DNA of 46,415 nucleotides from Candidatus Falkowbacteria bacterium (GTDB lineage: Bacteria; Patescibacteriota; Patescibacteriia; Patescibacteriales; UBA12075): NCBI GenBank assembly GCA_003514005.1, contig DOSJ01000005.1:1-46415 (forward strand), given 5' to 3'. Below the pieces are notes generated by a model. The model was not told the origin of the DNA. It did not search any database and saw only the letters and a list, made by a program, of their open reading frames with translations. Shown here in pieces: positions 19,274 to 29,552 of the stretch; within the stretch, counting starts at the first letter, position 1; every line of letters starts with the position of its first letter. A program made the position numbers and the translations under genes.

Positions 19274-20302
19274 CTATCGCAAATATTTTTCTTTATTGCG
19301 TATATGCTCATCATAGGTCTTTGAAAAAACCGTTTCACCCGTATCCGGACGGCTTAAAAAATATGTATATCCGGCATGTTCAGGATAAATTGCCGCCTTT
19401 ATGGCATTCAAGCCGGGATTACTAATCGGTCCGGGCGGCAATCCGCGGTTACGGTAGGAATTGTAGGGCGAATCGATTTGCGTATCCTCAATCGTATACT
19501 GCGGTTTATCAACACCCAGAATAAAGGCCAGGGTAGCGCAGGATTCGAGCGCTTGGCCGTTTTTGATCCGATCCCAAAAAAGCCCGGATACGATTTTCAT
19601 ATCAGCATAATCCCTTACTTCCTTTTCAATTATTGATGCCATAGTAATAATTTCAGGCAAACTGCGTCCCTGTTTCTGAATATCCGCGCGCATTTCCGCG
19701 CTTAATTTCAGGTCAAAATTTTTAAGCATTTTTTCGATTACGCTTGCTTCGTCCGCGTCCGCGAATATGCGATAAGTATCAGGAAACAAAAATCCTTCCA
19801 AACTGGAGCTCTCGGGAATTTCATTTATGAAAGACGGTTTATCAAAAGCAAATGGCCAAGACGCGACCGGCTGATTAGCAAGCTCGCTAAACTTTTTTTC
19901 CTGTGTTATGCCTTCTTTTTCCAAGTACTTCGCGATATCGCCAATGCGCCAACCTTCGATTATCTTAATTGTCTTCTCTTTGCTTATAGCCTTGCCACTT
20001 GTCAGGATTGAAACGATTTTTTTAAGCGGCATTGCTTTGTTCAAAACATAGTCTCCAGCCTGAAAATTTGCCTCTAGTTTTTGATTCCGCACATACAAAA
20101 GAAAATAAGCTCTTGAATTTATCAAATTTCGTTCAAGTAATTTGTCCGCAATCGTCTTTACGCCTTCCCCGCTCTCAACACTAAAAACAATCTCCTCGAC
20201 ATTAGCGCCATTCCCGCTGTTAATTTTATACTGATAAGTGAAATAGAAACCACCCAACAAGACAAAGGCGATTATAATTAATATAAGAATAATTTTTTTC
20301 AT
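19274..20302 (-). CDS. mltG: Endolytic transglycosylase MltG
   Basis: LEGFLFPDTY, ASIIEKE, SPYNSYRNRGLPPGPISNPG. Confidence 0.93.
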   Translation of the reverse strand: MKKIILILIIIAFVLLGGFYFTYQYKINSGNGANVEEIVFSVESGEGVKTIADKLLERNLINSRAYFLLYVRNQKLEANFQAGDYVLNKAMPLKKIVSILTSGKAISKEKTIKIIEGWRIGDIAKYLEKEGITQEKKFSELANQPVASWPFAFDKPSFINEIPESSSLEGFLFPDTYRIFADADEASVIEKMLKNFDLKLSAEMRADIQKQGRSLPEIITMASIIEKEVRDYADMKIVSGLFWDRIKNGQALESCATLAFILGVDKPQYTIEDTQIDSPYNSYRNRGLPPGPISNPGLNAIKAAIYPEHAGYTYFLSRPDTGETVFSKTYDEHIRNKEKYLR

Positions 20303-20312
20303 ATTAATTTTT

Positions 20313-20450
20313 TTGTCATTCCCGCGTAGGCGGGAATCTTGGTTAAAAAATAACTAAATATTTTTACTAAAATATCTACTTTAAAACTTTTTATAATTTC
20401 CTTATATATCTTTTTAAACACCGAGATTCCCGCCTACGCGGGAATGACAA
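20313..20450. repeat. MITE/REP-like palindromic element (GTCATTCCCGC family)
   Basis: 31-bp terminal inverted repeats, each with an internal ATTCCC-N8-GGGAAT palindrome, around an AT-rich spacer. Confidence 0.85.
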
Positions 20451-20479
20451 GAAAAAAGAATCCTTCCTAAATCCAAAAA

Positions 20480-21565
20480 TCACAAATACTCCCCTCTCCC
20501 CTCATCCTTCAATCTCTCCACCATCTTCTTCACCTCTGCGGAATTCTTTAAAGAAGAAATAAACAAAACATCCGGCGTATCGATTACCGCCAAGTCATCG
20601 ACATCGTTTACGACTATGATTTTTTTCGGTACGGAGGAATAAATCAGATTGCCTTTTGCGTCTTGGACCATCACATCACCCTTGATCAAGTTTTCTGTTT
20701 CATCCGGTTTTAAAACTTTTTTAATGATATGCCACTTGCCCAGATCGCTCCAGCCGATTTCGTTGGATACGCTCATCGCGATTTTGTTGGTATGATTAGT
20801 GATAGCGGTTTCGATCGATATTTTTTCCAGCTCTGAGTAGAGCCTTTCCGCTTCATCCAGTTTATTTTCAATCGTCAAATTCGCGACCTGCGTGCAAATA
20901 TCATACATCTCTTTTTGATGAGTCTTGAAAAGATTGACAATATGTTTTAGTTGCCACAAATACATTCCTGTGTGACAATAATATACTCCGGAATCAATAA
21001 GGGTTTGGCAAAATTCCAGGTTTGGTTTTTCAGCAACACCCGCTACTTTATAAATCGCATCTTTCTGACCTTCGCGCAAATTTTTTCCGGCTTTGAAATA
21101 GGAGTATCCGGTATCAACATATTCGGGACGAATTGCCGGCGTTAAAATATAGTCCGGGTGTTCCGCGATAAAGCTTTCGGTTGATTCCAAAAGACTTTGA
21201 AAAGCTTCGCTATTGGAAATATAATCATCCGAAGGCAAAGAAGCGATTATTTCGTTTGGGTCGCAAAATTTTTCCAAAAAACAAACTTCAAGGCACATCG
21301 CCGGCCCGGTATTGCGCGTATCGGTTTCAACGATCAATTGCTTCTGACTTATTTCCGGTATCTCGTCCAAAGTTTTTTGCACAAAATCCTGATTCACAGA
21401 AATAAAAACGTCTTCTTTGTTTTTTAAAATCGGCACAACCCGATCATACGTCGTCCTGAGCATTGTTTTATCGCCGACAATACTATGAAACTGCTTCGGA
21501 TTATTCTTCCGGCTCATCGGCCACAAACGTGTACCAATCCCGCCAGCACGAATTACGATTTTCAT
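20480..21565 (-). CDS. manC: Mannose-1-phosphate guanylyltransferase
   Basis: AGGIGTRLWPMSR..PKQF, RNTGPA, EKP, GWSDLG. Confidence 0.88.
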   Translation of the reverse strand: MKIVIRAGGIGTRLWPMSRKNNPKQFHSIVGDKTMLRTTYDRVVPILKNKEDVFISVNQDFVQKTLDEIPEISQKQLIVETDTRNTGPAMCLEVCFLEKFCDPNEIIASLPSDDYISNSEAFQSLLESTESFIAEHPDYILTPAIRPEYVDTGYSYFKAGKNLREGQKDAIYKVAGVAEKPNLEFCQTLIDSGVYYCHTGMYLWQLKHIVNLFKTHQKEMYDICTQVANLTIENKLDEAERLYSELEKISIETAITNHTNKIAMSVSNEIGWSDLGKWHIIKKVLKPDETENLIKGDVMVQDAKGNLIYSSVPKKIIVVNDVDDLAVIDTPDVLFISSLKNSAEVKKMVERLKDEGRGEYL

Positions 21566-21806
21566 AAGCTAAAAATATTAAAAATAATTATCTTAATTTT
21601 AACAAAAATTTGATTTTTTCGCAAACAAAAAATTACATATAATATATTTTTTGACATTTACCAAAATTTCTGATAAACCAAAATAATTAAATGTTCATTA
21701 ATAATTATATAAAAACAACAGGAGGATAGCCAGGAAATAATTTTGTTTAAACCAAAGATTTTATCGTAGTCATGATTAACAATTATTTAACAAAGGAGGT
21801 ATTCAA

Positions 21807-22583
21807 ATGCCATTTTTAGAAGAAAACATTAATAGTGCGATTGTGGAAACACAATATGATTTACGCGGATTTGCGCATGCGCTCGGATTTAGAACCAATA
21901 GCAACAAAACTTTTGAAGCGATCCCTCACAATTTTCTTGCTTTGGCAGTTGGAGCTAGTCTTAGAAAAAACAAAGCTCCAACGGACATTTCTTTTATTTC
22001 ACCTGTTGAATCAGACGATGAAGCTTATGAAAAATATCTTACAATGTGCAAACAATTTGCCAATGATTGTAACTTGTCGCAATACGAGGCTGTTCAATTT
22101 ATAATCAAAGATATTATTCAGAGTAGAGAAGACAGGGAAAAGAAACTTAGCGCAGACGAAAAAGATATGTACTTACGACCACTAAATAAAGACAATTGGT
22201 GGGGAAAAACAATGCTTGCGTTAGCCGAAGCGTTTAATGTTCTTTTTGAAAAGTGCGAATTTCTGAGCATCCCAATTATACTACAATTTATTTTGGATAA
22301 AAATATCCCGCAAGAAAGCATGTTAATTTCTGCAAATTATGAGAATTCTGAAATTTATTTTTATGGCACCAAAAATACCGGCTGTGCAATACCACTGGAG
22401 CAAATCGAAGAATTTATCAAGATTTTAGAAAAAAATAATGTAGATGATTGCACATCATACAAAATCAAAACTGAAAAAGGTGAAATAGATATCCCCGTTA
22501 ATCGCTTTTCCAGAATTACAAAATTTCTTCGAGAAGCAAAAGATATTGGCGTATTTTGTAAATCATATAAACTGTTTCTTTAA
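21807..22583 (+). CDS. Hypothetical protein
   Basis: 258-aa ORF with AAGGAGG RBS, upstream TTGACA and downstream hairpin. Confidence 0.7.
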   Translation: MPFLEENINSAIVETQYDLRGFAHALGFRTNSNKTFEAIPHNFLALAVGASLRKNKAPTDISFISPVESDDEAYEKYLTMCKQFANDCNLSQYEAVQFIIKDIIQSREDREKKLSADEKDMYLRPLNKDNWWGKTMLALAEAFNVLFEKCEFLSIPIILQFILDKNIPQESMLISANYENSEIYFYGTKNTGCAIPLEQIEEFIKILEKNNVDDCTSYKIKTEKGEIDIPVNRFSRITKFLREAKDIGVFCKSYKLFL

Positions 22584-22770
22584 AAGATATATTAAATTGA
22601 TAGGCGATGTAGTTTTGACTAAACTTACATCGCCTTTAATTTTTATGATTTTTATATAAAAACTTATATATAAGGCACATAAATTAACTTAAATACTATA
22701 TACAAAACTGAGCATAATTGATACTAACTAATTGTTCGGTAGTATCTTTTTTAATAAAAGGAGATGCAAA

Positions 22771-23079
22771 ATGCCACACGATATAAAAATCATTGAAGAA
22801 TTAAAAAACATTCAAAAAGTTACAATTAAACCAGGAGAAAAATCTCAAATCATAACAGGGAAAGGTGGTTTATTGGTAATTGTTGGTGTTAGCGGAAGCG
22901 GAAAAATTCGGTTAACAAAAAATAATATTGGTAAAAATAATTCAAACCAACATTTTATAAACAAAAACTCCATTGTAAAACTACCCTCTAACAAAACAGA
23001 ACAGTACCAAATATCAGTTTATAAAAGCGCAATCACCGAGCTGGTAGTAATTATTTTTGACATTGAGACTGCAAAATAA
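22771..23079 (+). CDS. Small beta-rich (cupin-like) hypothetical protein
   Basis: ATG after AAGGAG; IKPGE...GVSGSGKI...ELVVIIFD. Confidence 0.5.
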   Translation: MPHDIKIIEELKNIQKVTIKPGEKSQIITGKGGLLVIVGVSGSGKIRLTKNNIGKNNSNQHFINKNSIVKLPSNKTEQYQISVYKSAITELVVIIFDIETAK

Positions 23080-23126
23080 TCAAAAAAATGGCTCATCCAA
23101 ACTTAGTCTGGATGAGCCTTTTGATT

Positions 23127-23867
23127 TTATTTTTCCTCTTGGTTTTCATTGCCTGGACGACTTGCCATTAGTTCATCAAAATCTAATTTTAAAACATCAG
23201 CAATTTTTTTTAACATTGCCTCGCTTTTGCTCATTTTTATATCACCACCTTCAATCTGATTTACGTATTGCCGTTTTACCCCGAGCTTTGCCGCAAACTC
23301 TATTCCGCTTATGCAAAGATTTTTTCTTTGTTCTCGAATCATCCGTCCCAAGTCATTGGTACATTCTCTGCGACACTTGAGAGTAAAGTTGGATAATTCA
23401 CTAACATCGACAGAAAGCGCATCCGCAATTTTACGAAGCGTTTCGTATTTTCTAGTTTCATGTTTCCGTTTTTCGAGATAATTTGCACGATACGTCGGAA
23501 TATTCATTTTCCTTGCAAATTCTTTAATTGTCATTTTCAATTCTTTTCTACGATTTTGAATAAACCAACCCAGGTCTGTTTGCGGTAATTGAATTTCAAT
23601 CTTCGGTAAGCGTTTTTCTATTTCTTTTATATTACACTGTAACGCCTCTGCCATATTGCGCCAATTAAAACCATGATAATAAACTAATGAACGACCACCA
23701 AGTTCAATTGAACTAACAGCGCTTTGCAATATTTTGAGCTTTTTGGCTAGCTCTGCTTGCCGATAACCCAACTCTATTCTTCTTTCACGTATAAAACTCC
23801 CGAGCTCACTTTTACTTTCAGAAATACCCATTCCGATTTTTTTGTTACTATTATTTTCTTTATTCAA
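23127..23867 (-). CDS. Regulator with three tandem XRE-type HTH domains
   Basis: Three LG.(F/M)I...R..L repeats, each followed by an HTH signature (e.g. KRQYVNQIEGG). Confidence 0.85.
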   Translation of the reverse strand: MNKENNSNKKIGMGISESKSELGSFIRERRIELGYRQAELAKKLKILQSAVSSIELGGRSLVYYHGFNWRNMAEALQCNIKEIEKRLPKIEIQLPQTDLGWFIQNRRKELKMTIKEFARKMNIPTYRANYLEKRKHETRKYETLRKIADALSVDVSELSNFTLKCRRECTNDLGRMIREQRKNLCISGIEFAAKLGVKRQYVNQIEGGDIKMSKSEAMLKKIADVLKLDFDELMASRPGNENQEEK

Positions 23868-23918
23868 TTTTTTTTTCCTCTAAAATTTAAATTTGATGAA
23901 CTTTTTTTTATTAATATT

Positions 23919-23980
23919 TTATTAGCATAAAAATATTAATTTGTCAAACCATTGACAAGAATTTAATCATTTGCTAATTT
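23919..23980. promoter_or_regulatory. Back-to-back divergent sigma70 promoters
   Basis: Minus: TTGACA(23947-42)-17-TAATAA; plus: TTGACA(23952-57)-17-TAATTT; both have TG extension. Confidence 0.7.
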
Positions 23981-24009
23981 ATTTTTATAAATAAATTGTA
24001 CATTACAGT

Positions 24010-24229
24010 TTGCTACTGAAGACTCCGGAGAGTCAGAGGAAATAAACCTCGATGGGTTGTTGTGTGGGATTTGGTAATGTGATGACAGTGAAGTAGAAAA
24101 AGGATTTATGGAGGGTGGCGACTCTCTAGTTACGCACCCCTTTTTTGAAAGAGCCTGGATACTCCATCGTCTTGGGGGATAAGAGCCATTTCAGGCGAAC
24201 ACAACTTACTTTGATTTCTTCAGTAGCAA
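24010..24229 (+). ncRNA. Unidentified ~220-nt structured RNA candidate
   Basis: Perfect 13-bp closing stem, several internal hairpins, no sizeable ORF, upstream promoter and downstream terminator. Confidence 0.65.
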
Positions 24230-24241
24230 TTAATTTCCGAT

Positions 24242-24280
24242 AAAGACCTAATACAGACACCAAGTCTATTAGGTCTTTTT
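24242..24280 (+). terminator. Intrinsic terminator after the candidate ncRNA
   Basis: AAAGACCTAATA...TATTAGGTCTTTTT. Confidence 0.75.
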
Positions 24281-24424
24281 AATTTTTAAAAACATTAATT
24301 AGAAGCTTACAATTGATTTGCAAAAAACTGCTATTGACATATTTTATTTTATTCTGTAATATACACATATAAATACTAACTGCCTGCCGAGGCTGTTTTT
24401 AATTACTAAAATCAATACAATAAT

Positions 24425-24610
24425 ATGTCGAAATTGATTAAATACATCAAAGACTCGATTGAGGAAATGAAAAAGGTTACTTGGCCAACCAAGAAAGAAA
24501 CCAAAAACTATACTTTATTAGTCATCGGGATTTCATTGGGAGTTGCGATATTCTTGGGTGCGCTTGATTTCTTATTCACAAAAGGCTTTGAATTGCTTTT
24601 AACCAAATAA
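24425..24610 (+). CDS. secE: Preprotein translocase SecE
   Basis: EMKKVTWP motif plus TM; directly upstream of nusG. Confidence 0.95.
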   Translation: MSKLIKYIKDSIEEMKKVTWPTKKETKNYTLLVIGISLGVAIFLGALDFLFTKGFELLLTK

Positions 24611-24612
24611 AA

Positions 24613-24669
24613 ATAATTCGCATAATTCGTAATTCGCTATATTCGCATAAAATTCGCGGATTCGCATTA
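24613..24669. repeat. Degenerate ATTCG(C) tandem repeat between secE and nusG
   Basis: Six attcg cores at 7-10 nt spacing. Confidence 0.8.
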
Positions 24670-24677
24670 TTAAAAAT

Positions 24678-25223
24678 ATGGCTAAACAAATATTAAATCA
24701 AGGACGACGCTGGTATGTTCTGCATACCTATTCCGGCTACGAGGATAACGTTGAAAAAAACCTGAAGCAAAGAATTGAATCCATGGACATGGAGGATAAG
24801 ATTTATAATATCCTAATCCCAACCGAAAAGAAAATCAAAATCAAAAACGGCAAACGCAAAGTTGTGGAAGAACGCATCTTTCCTGGATATGTAATGGTAG
24901 AAATGGTTGTAACTGACGAATCATGGTATGTTGTTCGCAACACCCCAAACGTAACCGGCTTTATTGGCACAGGCACAATACCGACACCGATCAGCGAAAA
25001 GGAAATCAAAGCACTCCAAAAAAGAATGGGTGTGGAAGAACCAAAATTCAAAATCGATGTTACGGTTGGCTCCCCTGTTACGATTATCGATGGCCCATTC
25101 AAAAATATGGAAGGCAAGATTACCAATATTGACGAAGCAAAAGGCAAGGTCAAGGTGTCTGTTTCGATGTTTGGTCGCGAAACTCCCGTTGAGTTAGACT
25201 TTTTACAGATTAAGAAAATATAA
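24678..25223 (+). CDS. nusG: Transcription factor NusG
   Basis: WYVLHTYSGYE, FPGYV, KOW motif DGPF, MFGRETPVEL. Confidence 0.97.
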   Translation: MAKQILNQGRRWYVLHTYSGYEDNVEKNLKQRIESMDMEDKIYNILIPTEKKIKIKNGKRKVVEERIFPGYVMVEMVVTDESWYVVRNTPNVTGFIGTGTIPTPISEKEIKALQKRMGVEEPKFKIDVTVGSPVTIIDGPFKNMEGKITNIDEAKGKVKVSVSMFGRETPVELDFLQIKKI

Positions 25224-25227
25224 TATA

Positions 25228-25338
25228 TAGGTACTTAGGTACTTAGGGTATTAGGGTAATAGGATTTTTTAAAATCCGAACGCTTCTCTCTAGTAAACTA
25301 AGCCTAACTTCCTAATTACCTAAGTACCTAAGTACCTA
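25228..25338. repeat. 8-nt periodic inverted-repeat element between nusG and rplK
   Basis: taggtact taggtact tagggtat tagggtaa versus cctaatta cctaagta cctaagta ccta. Confidence 0.85.
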
Positions 25339-25342
25339 AAAT

Positions 25343-25765
25343 ATGGCAAAAAAAATTAAAACAATCATAAAATTACAAATCCCGGGCGGACAAGCCAACC
25401 CAGCTCCTCCGATTGGACCAGCATTGGGTCAGCATGGTTTGCAGATCCAGGATTTCTGCGTAAAATTTAACGCGGCATCCAAAGACCGCATGGGCGATAT
25501 CGTTCCGGTTGAAATTACCGTTTACGAAGACCGAAGTTTCGATTTTATCATGAAAACTTCACCAGCCGCTATCCTAATCCAAAAAGCTGCAAACATCAAA
25601 AAAGGTTCAGCCAAGCCATTGACCGACAAAGTGGGTTCAATTACCACCGCACAGCTTCGAGAAATCGCAGAGAAAAAATTACCAGACTTGAATACAGACA
25701 ATGTTGAACAAGCAATGAAGATTATCGCAGGGACTGCTAGGCAGATGGGGGTTGACGTGAAGTAA
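25343..25765 (+). CDS. rplK: 50S ribosomal protein L11
   Basis: [15 protein letters not shown]; GTARQMG. Confidence 0.97.
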   Translation: MAKKIKTIIKLQIPGGQANPAPPIGPALGQHGLQIQDFCVKFNAASKDRMGDIVPVEITVYEDRSFDFIMKTSPAAILIQKAANIKKGSAKPLTDKVGSITTAQLREIAEKKLPDLNTDNVEQAMKIIAGTARQMGVDVK

Positions 25766-25857
25766 GAACTTAGAAATAAAATCAAATATCAGAAGACAAA
25801 TCAATATATTGTCTTCTGGAATTTGGTCTTTAAATATAAAAAACAAAGGAGTTAATA

Positions 25858-26124
25858 ATGTGTAAAAATAGTGATTTTGAAGTTGCAAAAGCAATTATAA
25901 TTAACAAAAATTTTAATTTAATCATACTGCCAATTATTTGTCTATTTATTTCCAGCTTTTTTATAGATATTGCTCTTGTATTCTGTGGAGTTTTGTTATT
26001 AACGGGTGCATTAACTTTAATTTTATCAGATATTGTAACCTTTTTTCTTGTTTTCGGATATTCACCGCTCGGAATTAAATATGAAGAAAAAGATGGAGAA
26101 TTAATAAAAAAAAATAAAAAATAA
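25858..26124 (+). CDS. Small membrane protein inserted between rplK and rplA
   Basis: AAGGAG RBS, hydrophobic segments, hairpins on both sides. Confidence 0.6.
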   Translation: MCKNSDFEVAKAIIINKNFNLIILPIICLFISSFFIDIALVFCGVLLLTGALTLILSDIVTFFLVFGYSPLGIKYEEKDGELIKKNKK

Positions 26125-26210
26125 TATTTCGGGGATTTGTATTATTAAATCCCCGATATTCAAAAGTTGATAAAAATATTTACCAACTCCTGAATATTAA
26201 TTAATAATTT

Positions 26211-26314
26211 GTGGGAGAAGAGATAGTAAAAAGTATAAAGTTAAAAGTTATAAAGTATTTTAATTATTAACTTTATAACTTAATAACTTTCAACTTTCCA
26301 CTTCGTTAGACCAC
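26211..26314 (+). promoter_or_regulatory. L1-binding autoregulatory leader with a repeat hairpin in its apical loop
   Basis: GTGGGAG-AAG ... CTTC-GTTA-GACCAC just before rplA, resembling L1 target sites. Confidence 0.6.
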
Positions 26315-26324
26315 GAAAAAAACT

Positions 26325-27041
26325 ATGGCTAAAAAAGCAAAAAAGGTTGTCGCACAGAAAGTTGTGGAGACAAAAAAAGAAAAATCAAACGAGTTTGATA
26401 AGTTCACTGTTTATCCTTTGGAAGAAGCGATTGAATTTACCAAAAAATTATCAAAAACCAAATTTGACGCATCAGTTGAAATCCATGTTCGTTTGGGTAT
26501 TGATCCAAAAAAAGGTGATCAACAGATTCGAACCGCAGTTAGTTTGCCACATGGAACTGGTAAAACAGTACGAGTAGCAGCTTTTGTTAGTCCAGACAAA
26601 GAGGCAGAAGTAAAAGCGGCTGGTGCTGATATTGTCGGTGGTGAAGAACTGATTGCCGAAATCAAAAAAACCGAAAAAACCGATTTCGCAGTTGCAGTAG
26701 CCGAACCAGCTATGATGAAAAATTTGGCGCAGATCGCAAAAATCCTTGGTACACGCGGACTTATGCCTTCTCCAAAGAATGAGACAGTTAGCATGAACCC
26801 TGCAAAAACCGTTCAGGAATTAAAGAAAGGCAAAATCAGCTTTAAGAATGATGATACCGGAAATGTACACGCGATTATCGGAAAAGTATCATTTGATTCA
26901 AGGCAATTAGCAGACAACTTTGCCGTGATTATCGACACACTCAAGAAAATCAAGCCAGCCAAAGCAAAAGGCGTATATTTACGAAATATCTCCCTTTCAT
27001 CCTCAATGGGTCCTGGCGTAAAAGTTGTAGTACCAAAATAA
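26325..27041 (+). CDS. rplA: 50S ribosomal protein L1
   Basis: KFDASVE, LPHGTGK, GLMPSPK, SSMGPG. Confidence 0.97.
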   Translation: MAKKAKKVVAQKVVETKKEKSNEFDKFTVYPLEEAIEFTKKLSKTKFDASVEIHVRLGIDPKKGDQQIRTAVSLPHGTGKTVRVAAFVSPDKEAEVKAAGADIVGGEELIAEIKKTEKTDFAVAVAEPAMMKNLAQIAKILGTRGLMPSPKNETVSMNPAKTVQELKKGKISFKNDDTGNVHAIIGKVSFDSRQLADNFAVIIDTLKKIKPAKAKGVYLRNISLSSSMGPGVKVVVPK

Positions 27042-27161
27042 AAAATACATTAAACATACATAAATAAAACCCCTATTTTAGGGGTTTTATTTTATTTGCT
27101 TGTTTACCGGCTATTTGTTAAAATAAAATGACTGGAAATAATAAATAACATTAATCTATAT

Positions 27162-27731
27162 ATGGGAAAACTTGACCATCCAAAAATAAAAAGACTTAGC
27201 TGGGATGAAATGCTGATGAATCTTTCAATCATTTCATCAAAACGAACTGCTTGCAAATTTCATGAAACCGGCGCGGTTTTTGTTGACAAAGACAAACGCA
27301 TCCTCTCGATTGGCTACAACGGCCCGACTGCCGGCGACTATCATTGCATCGACCACGGCTGTGCCAAAGTAGATGGCGACCCGGTTACAAAAAAACTTCG
27401 CCGCTGCCGCGGAGCCCATGCCGAAATCAATGGAATAATCAATTGCCAAGACGCAAAAAGAATGAAAGGCGCGACACTCTATTCCGTGCTCTTCCCCTGC
27501 TACGACTGTATGAAAGCCCTCAGCAATGCCGGAATCGCTGAAATTGTCTATTACAAAAAATACGAACGCATCCAAACCGGCGGAGAAAATTTTGAGGAAG
27601 AGGACGAATCATTAGAGCTTGCGCAAAAACGAAATATTATAATCCGCAAATACGAAGGCAAGATTTTTTGCAATTTTCCGGATGAATATAATACTGAACA
27701 AACTGAACATGGTTGTTGCGACTGTCAATAG
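27162..27731 (+). CDS. dCMP deaminase
   Basis: GYNG, HAE and PCYDC zinc motifs. Confidence 0.9.
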   Translation: MGKLDHPKIKRLSWDEMLMNLSIISSKRTACKFHETGAVFVDKDKRILSIGYNGPTAGDYHCIDHGCAKVDGDPVTKKLRRCRGAHAEINGIINCQDAKRMKGATLYSVLFPCYDCMKALSNAGIAEIVYYKKYERIQTGGENFEEEDESLELAQKRNIIIRKYEGKIFCNFPDEYNTEQTEHGCCDCQ

Positions 27732-27820
27732 CAAATATTGACACTAAATATAAATATTGTTAGGCTCTTTACATAAGTTTAATATAAACTCGCAACCAAA
27801 CAAAAAAATGGAGGTGTACC

Positions 27821-28438
27821 TTGAAAAATGAAGTATTGGTTATTAAAACAGAAAAACTTTTTCCTATTGTCGGCGGTTATTTTCAGGGGCTTCGGAGAGA
27901 GACTAACATTACCCTGGTTAAGCATCTTGAAAAAAGTGCGGAATGGATGGCAAGAAATGAAGCTGAAGAAAATCCGAAATTTAAACAAATAATCGGATAT
28001 ACTGCGGTAATTCATCCGTACATCAAAAAGGCTTTCGCCTACCGAAGATCAATAAAAGATAAAGACTATCCAGAAAAAAAACTTCAAGGAAAATATTCTT
28101 GGGGGCTTGGTGGACACATTAAAAGAAGCGATAAAAAGGATTCATACATTCTCTCAAGTACTTCACGTGAATTACATGAAGAGCTTAAAACTAGTAGTTA
28201 TTTTTTGAATCCGGAACTTATCGGCTTTGTCAATGACGATACCGATGATGTCGGAAAAGTTCATTTTGGAATTCTATTCTATTGCATATCAGATTCGGCA
28301 GAAATTTATCCAAAAGACCCTGAAATAGAGTCTGGAAGATTTGAAAATATTGTTGATTTAAAAAAAATCTGCGAAACTGAAAATGTTGAAAACTGGTCAA
28401 GAATTATACTACCGGAATTAGACCAAAAATTTTTTTAA
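27821..28438 (+). CDS. NUDIX-like predicted phosphoesterase
   Basis: KQIIGY, GLGGH, RELHEE, VGKVHFG, ENWS. Confidence 0.75.
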   Translation: MKNEVLVIKTEKLFPIVGGYFQGLRRETNITLVKHLEKSAEWMARNEAEENPKFKQIIGYTAVIHPYIKKAFAYRRSIKDKDYPEKKLQGKYSWGLGGHIKRSDKKDSYILSSTSRELHEELKTSSYFLNPELIGFVNDDTDDVGKVHFGILFYCISDSAEIYPKDPEIESGRFENIVDLKKICETENVENWSRIILPELDQKFF

Positions 28439-28515
28439 CCTTTTACTTGAGTTGGTTCCCGCGAGTTACCAACTCATTTTTTTTAAAAAAAATAATTCAT
28501 AATACAAAAAAAATT

Positions 28516-29508
28516 ATGCAACACTCGGAATATCAATACTTAAATCTTGCCAAAGACATTCTTGATAATGGCTCAGACAAAAAACTTTTTTTTACTCCAG
28601 AGGTATTGGCAGAGTATGCGAAAAAAGGTGAGGAACCACCTTTTATCCGATCCGTATTTGGAAGACAGACACGATACGATTTATCACAAGGCTTTCCACT
28701 CTTAACTACAAAAAAAACTTTTTTCCGTGGAATTTTTGAAGAATTGATTTGGTTCTTGTCCGGTTCATCCAATATCAAGCCACTCGTGGATAAAGATTTG
28801 CATTTATGGGATGAGTGGGCATGGAAACGATATCATAAACACTGTCTTCAAAATGACCCGGGCAATGATTTAAATCAAGCTGATTTTATTGCCAAACTAA
28901 AAAGCTTGCCGGCAAACGACCCCTTTGTGGAAAAATGGGGCGACTTGATTGTAATTTACGGAAAAATGTGGCGCCGTTGGCCGGCTTCAGACGGACGAGA
29001 GATAGATCAGCTCGGCTGGGTAATTCAAGGTTTAAAAGACAAACCATTCCGCAAGTCCTATGTAATTTCTGGCTGGAACCCTGATTTTATTTACGCAATG
29101 GCAAGCGGAGGCAACGCGAACGAAGTTCCGCCTTTTTGCCATACCACTTTCCAGTTTAATGTTACCGGCGGCAAACTTCATCTCGGTCTTTACCAACGCA
29201 GTGCCGATTTATTTTTGGGAGTACCATTTAACATCGCCTCATATGCTCTGCTTCTCCTGATGGTCGCGCAAGTTACCGGCCTTGAGCCGGGAGATTTTGT
29301 CCACACCTTTGGCGATGTCCATATCTATTCCAATCACTTTGACCAAATCAAAGAACAAATCAGCCGCGAACCCCTCCCCTTCCCAACTCTAAAATTAAAC
29401 CCGGAAATAAAAAATATAGATGATTTTAGATACGAAGATATCACGCTTGAGAATTATCAATCGCACGCGGCTTTAAAAGGTGAGATTGCAAATATCGGTG
29501 GTTACTAA
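28516..29508 (+). CDS. thyA: Thymidylate synthase
   Basis: [30 protein letters not shown]; ATG at 28516. Confidence 0.95.
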   Translation: MQHSEYQYLNLAKDILDNGSDKKLFFTPEVLAEYAKKGEEPPFIRSVFGRQTRYDLSQGFPLLTTKKTFFRGIFEELIWFLSGSSNIKPLVDKDLHLWDEWAWKRYHKHCLQNDPGNDLNQADFIAKLKSLPANDPFVEKWGDLIVIYGKMWRRWPASDGREIDQLGWVIQGLKDKPFRKSYVISGWNPDFIYAMASGGNANEVPPFCHTTFQFNVTGGKLHLGLYQRSADLFLGVPFNIASYALLLLMVAQVTGLEPGDFVHTFGDVHIYSNHFDQIKEQISREPLPFPTLKLNPEIKNIDDFRYEDITLENYQSHAALKGEIANIGGY

Positions 29509-29552
29509 ACTAAAGATAATACCAAAAACCACCTCATATTAAGAGATGGTTT

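Noticed and set aside
24010-24229. RNase P RNA, tmRNA, SRP RNA or retron msr-msd
   Set aside because: GAGGAAA and AGTG..AGAAA echo RNase P, but the P4 pairing (GAAAGUCC / CGGCUUA) is absent; no tRNA-Ala-like ends, no SRP loop, and no reverse transcriptase in the window
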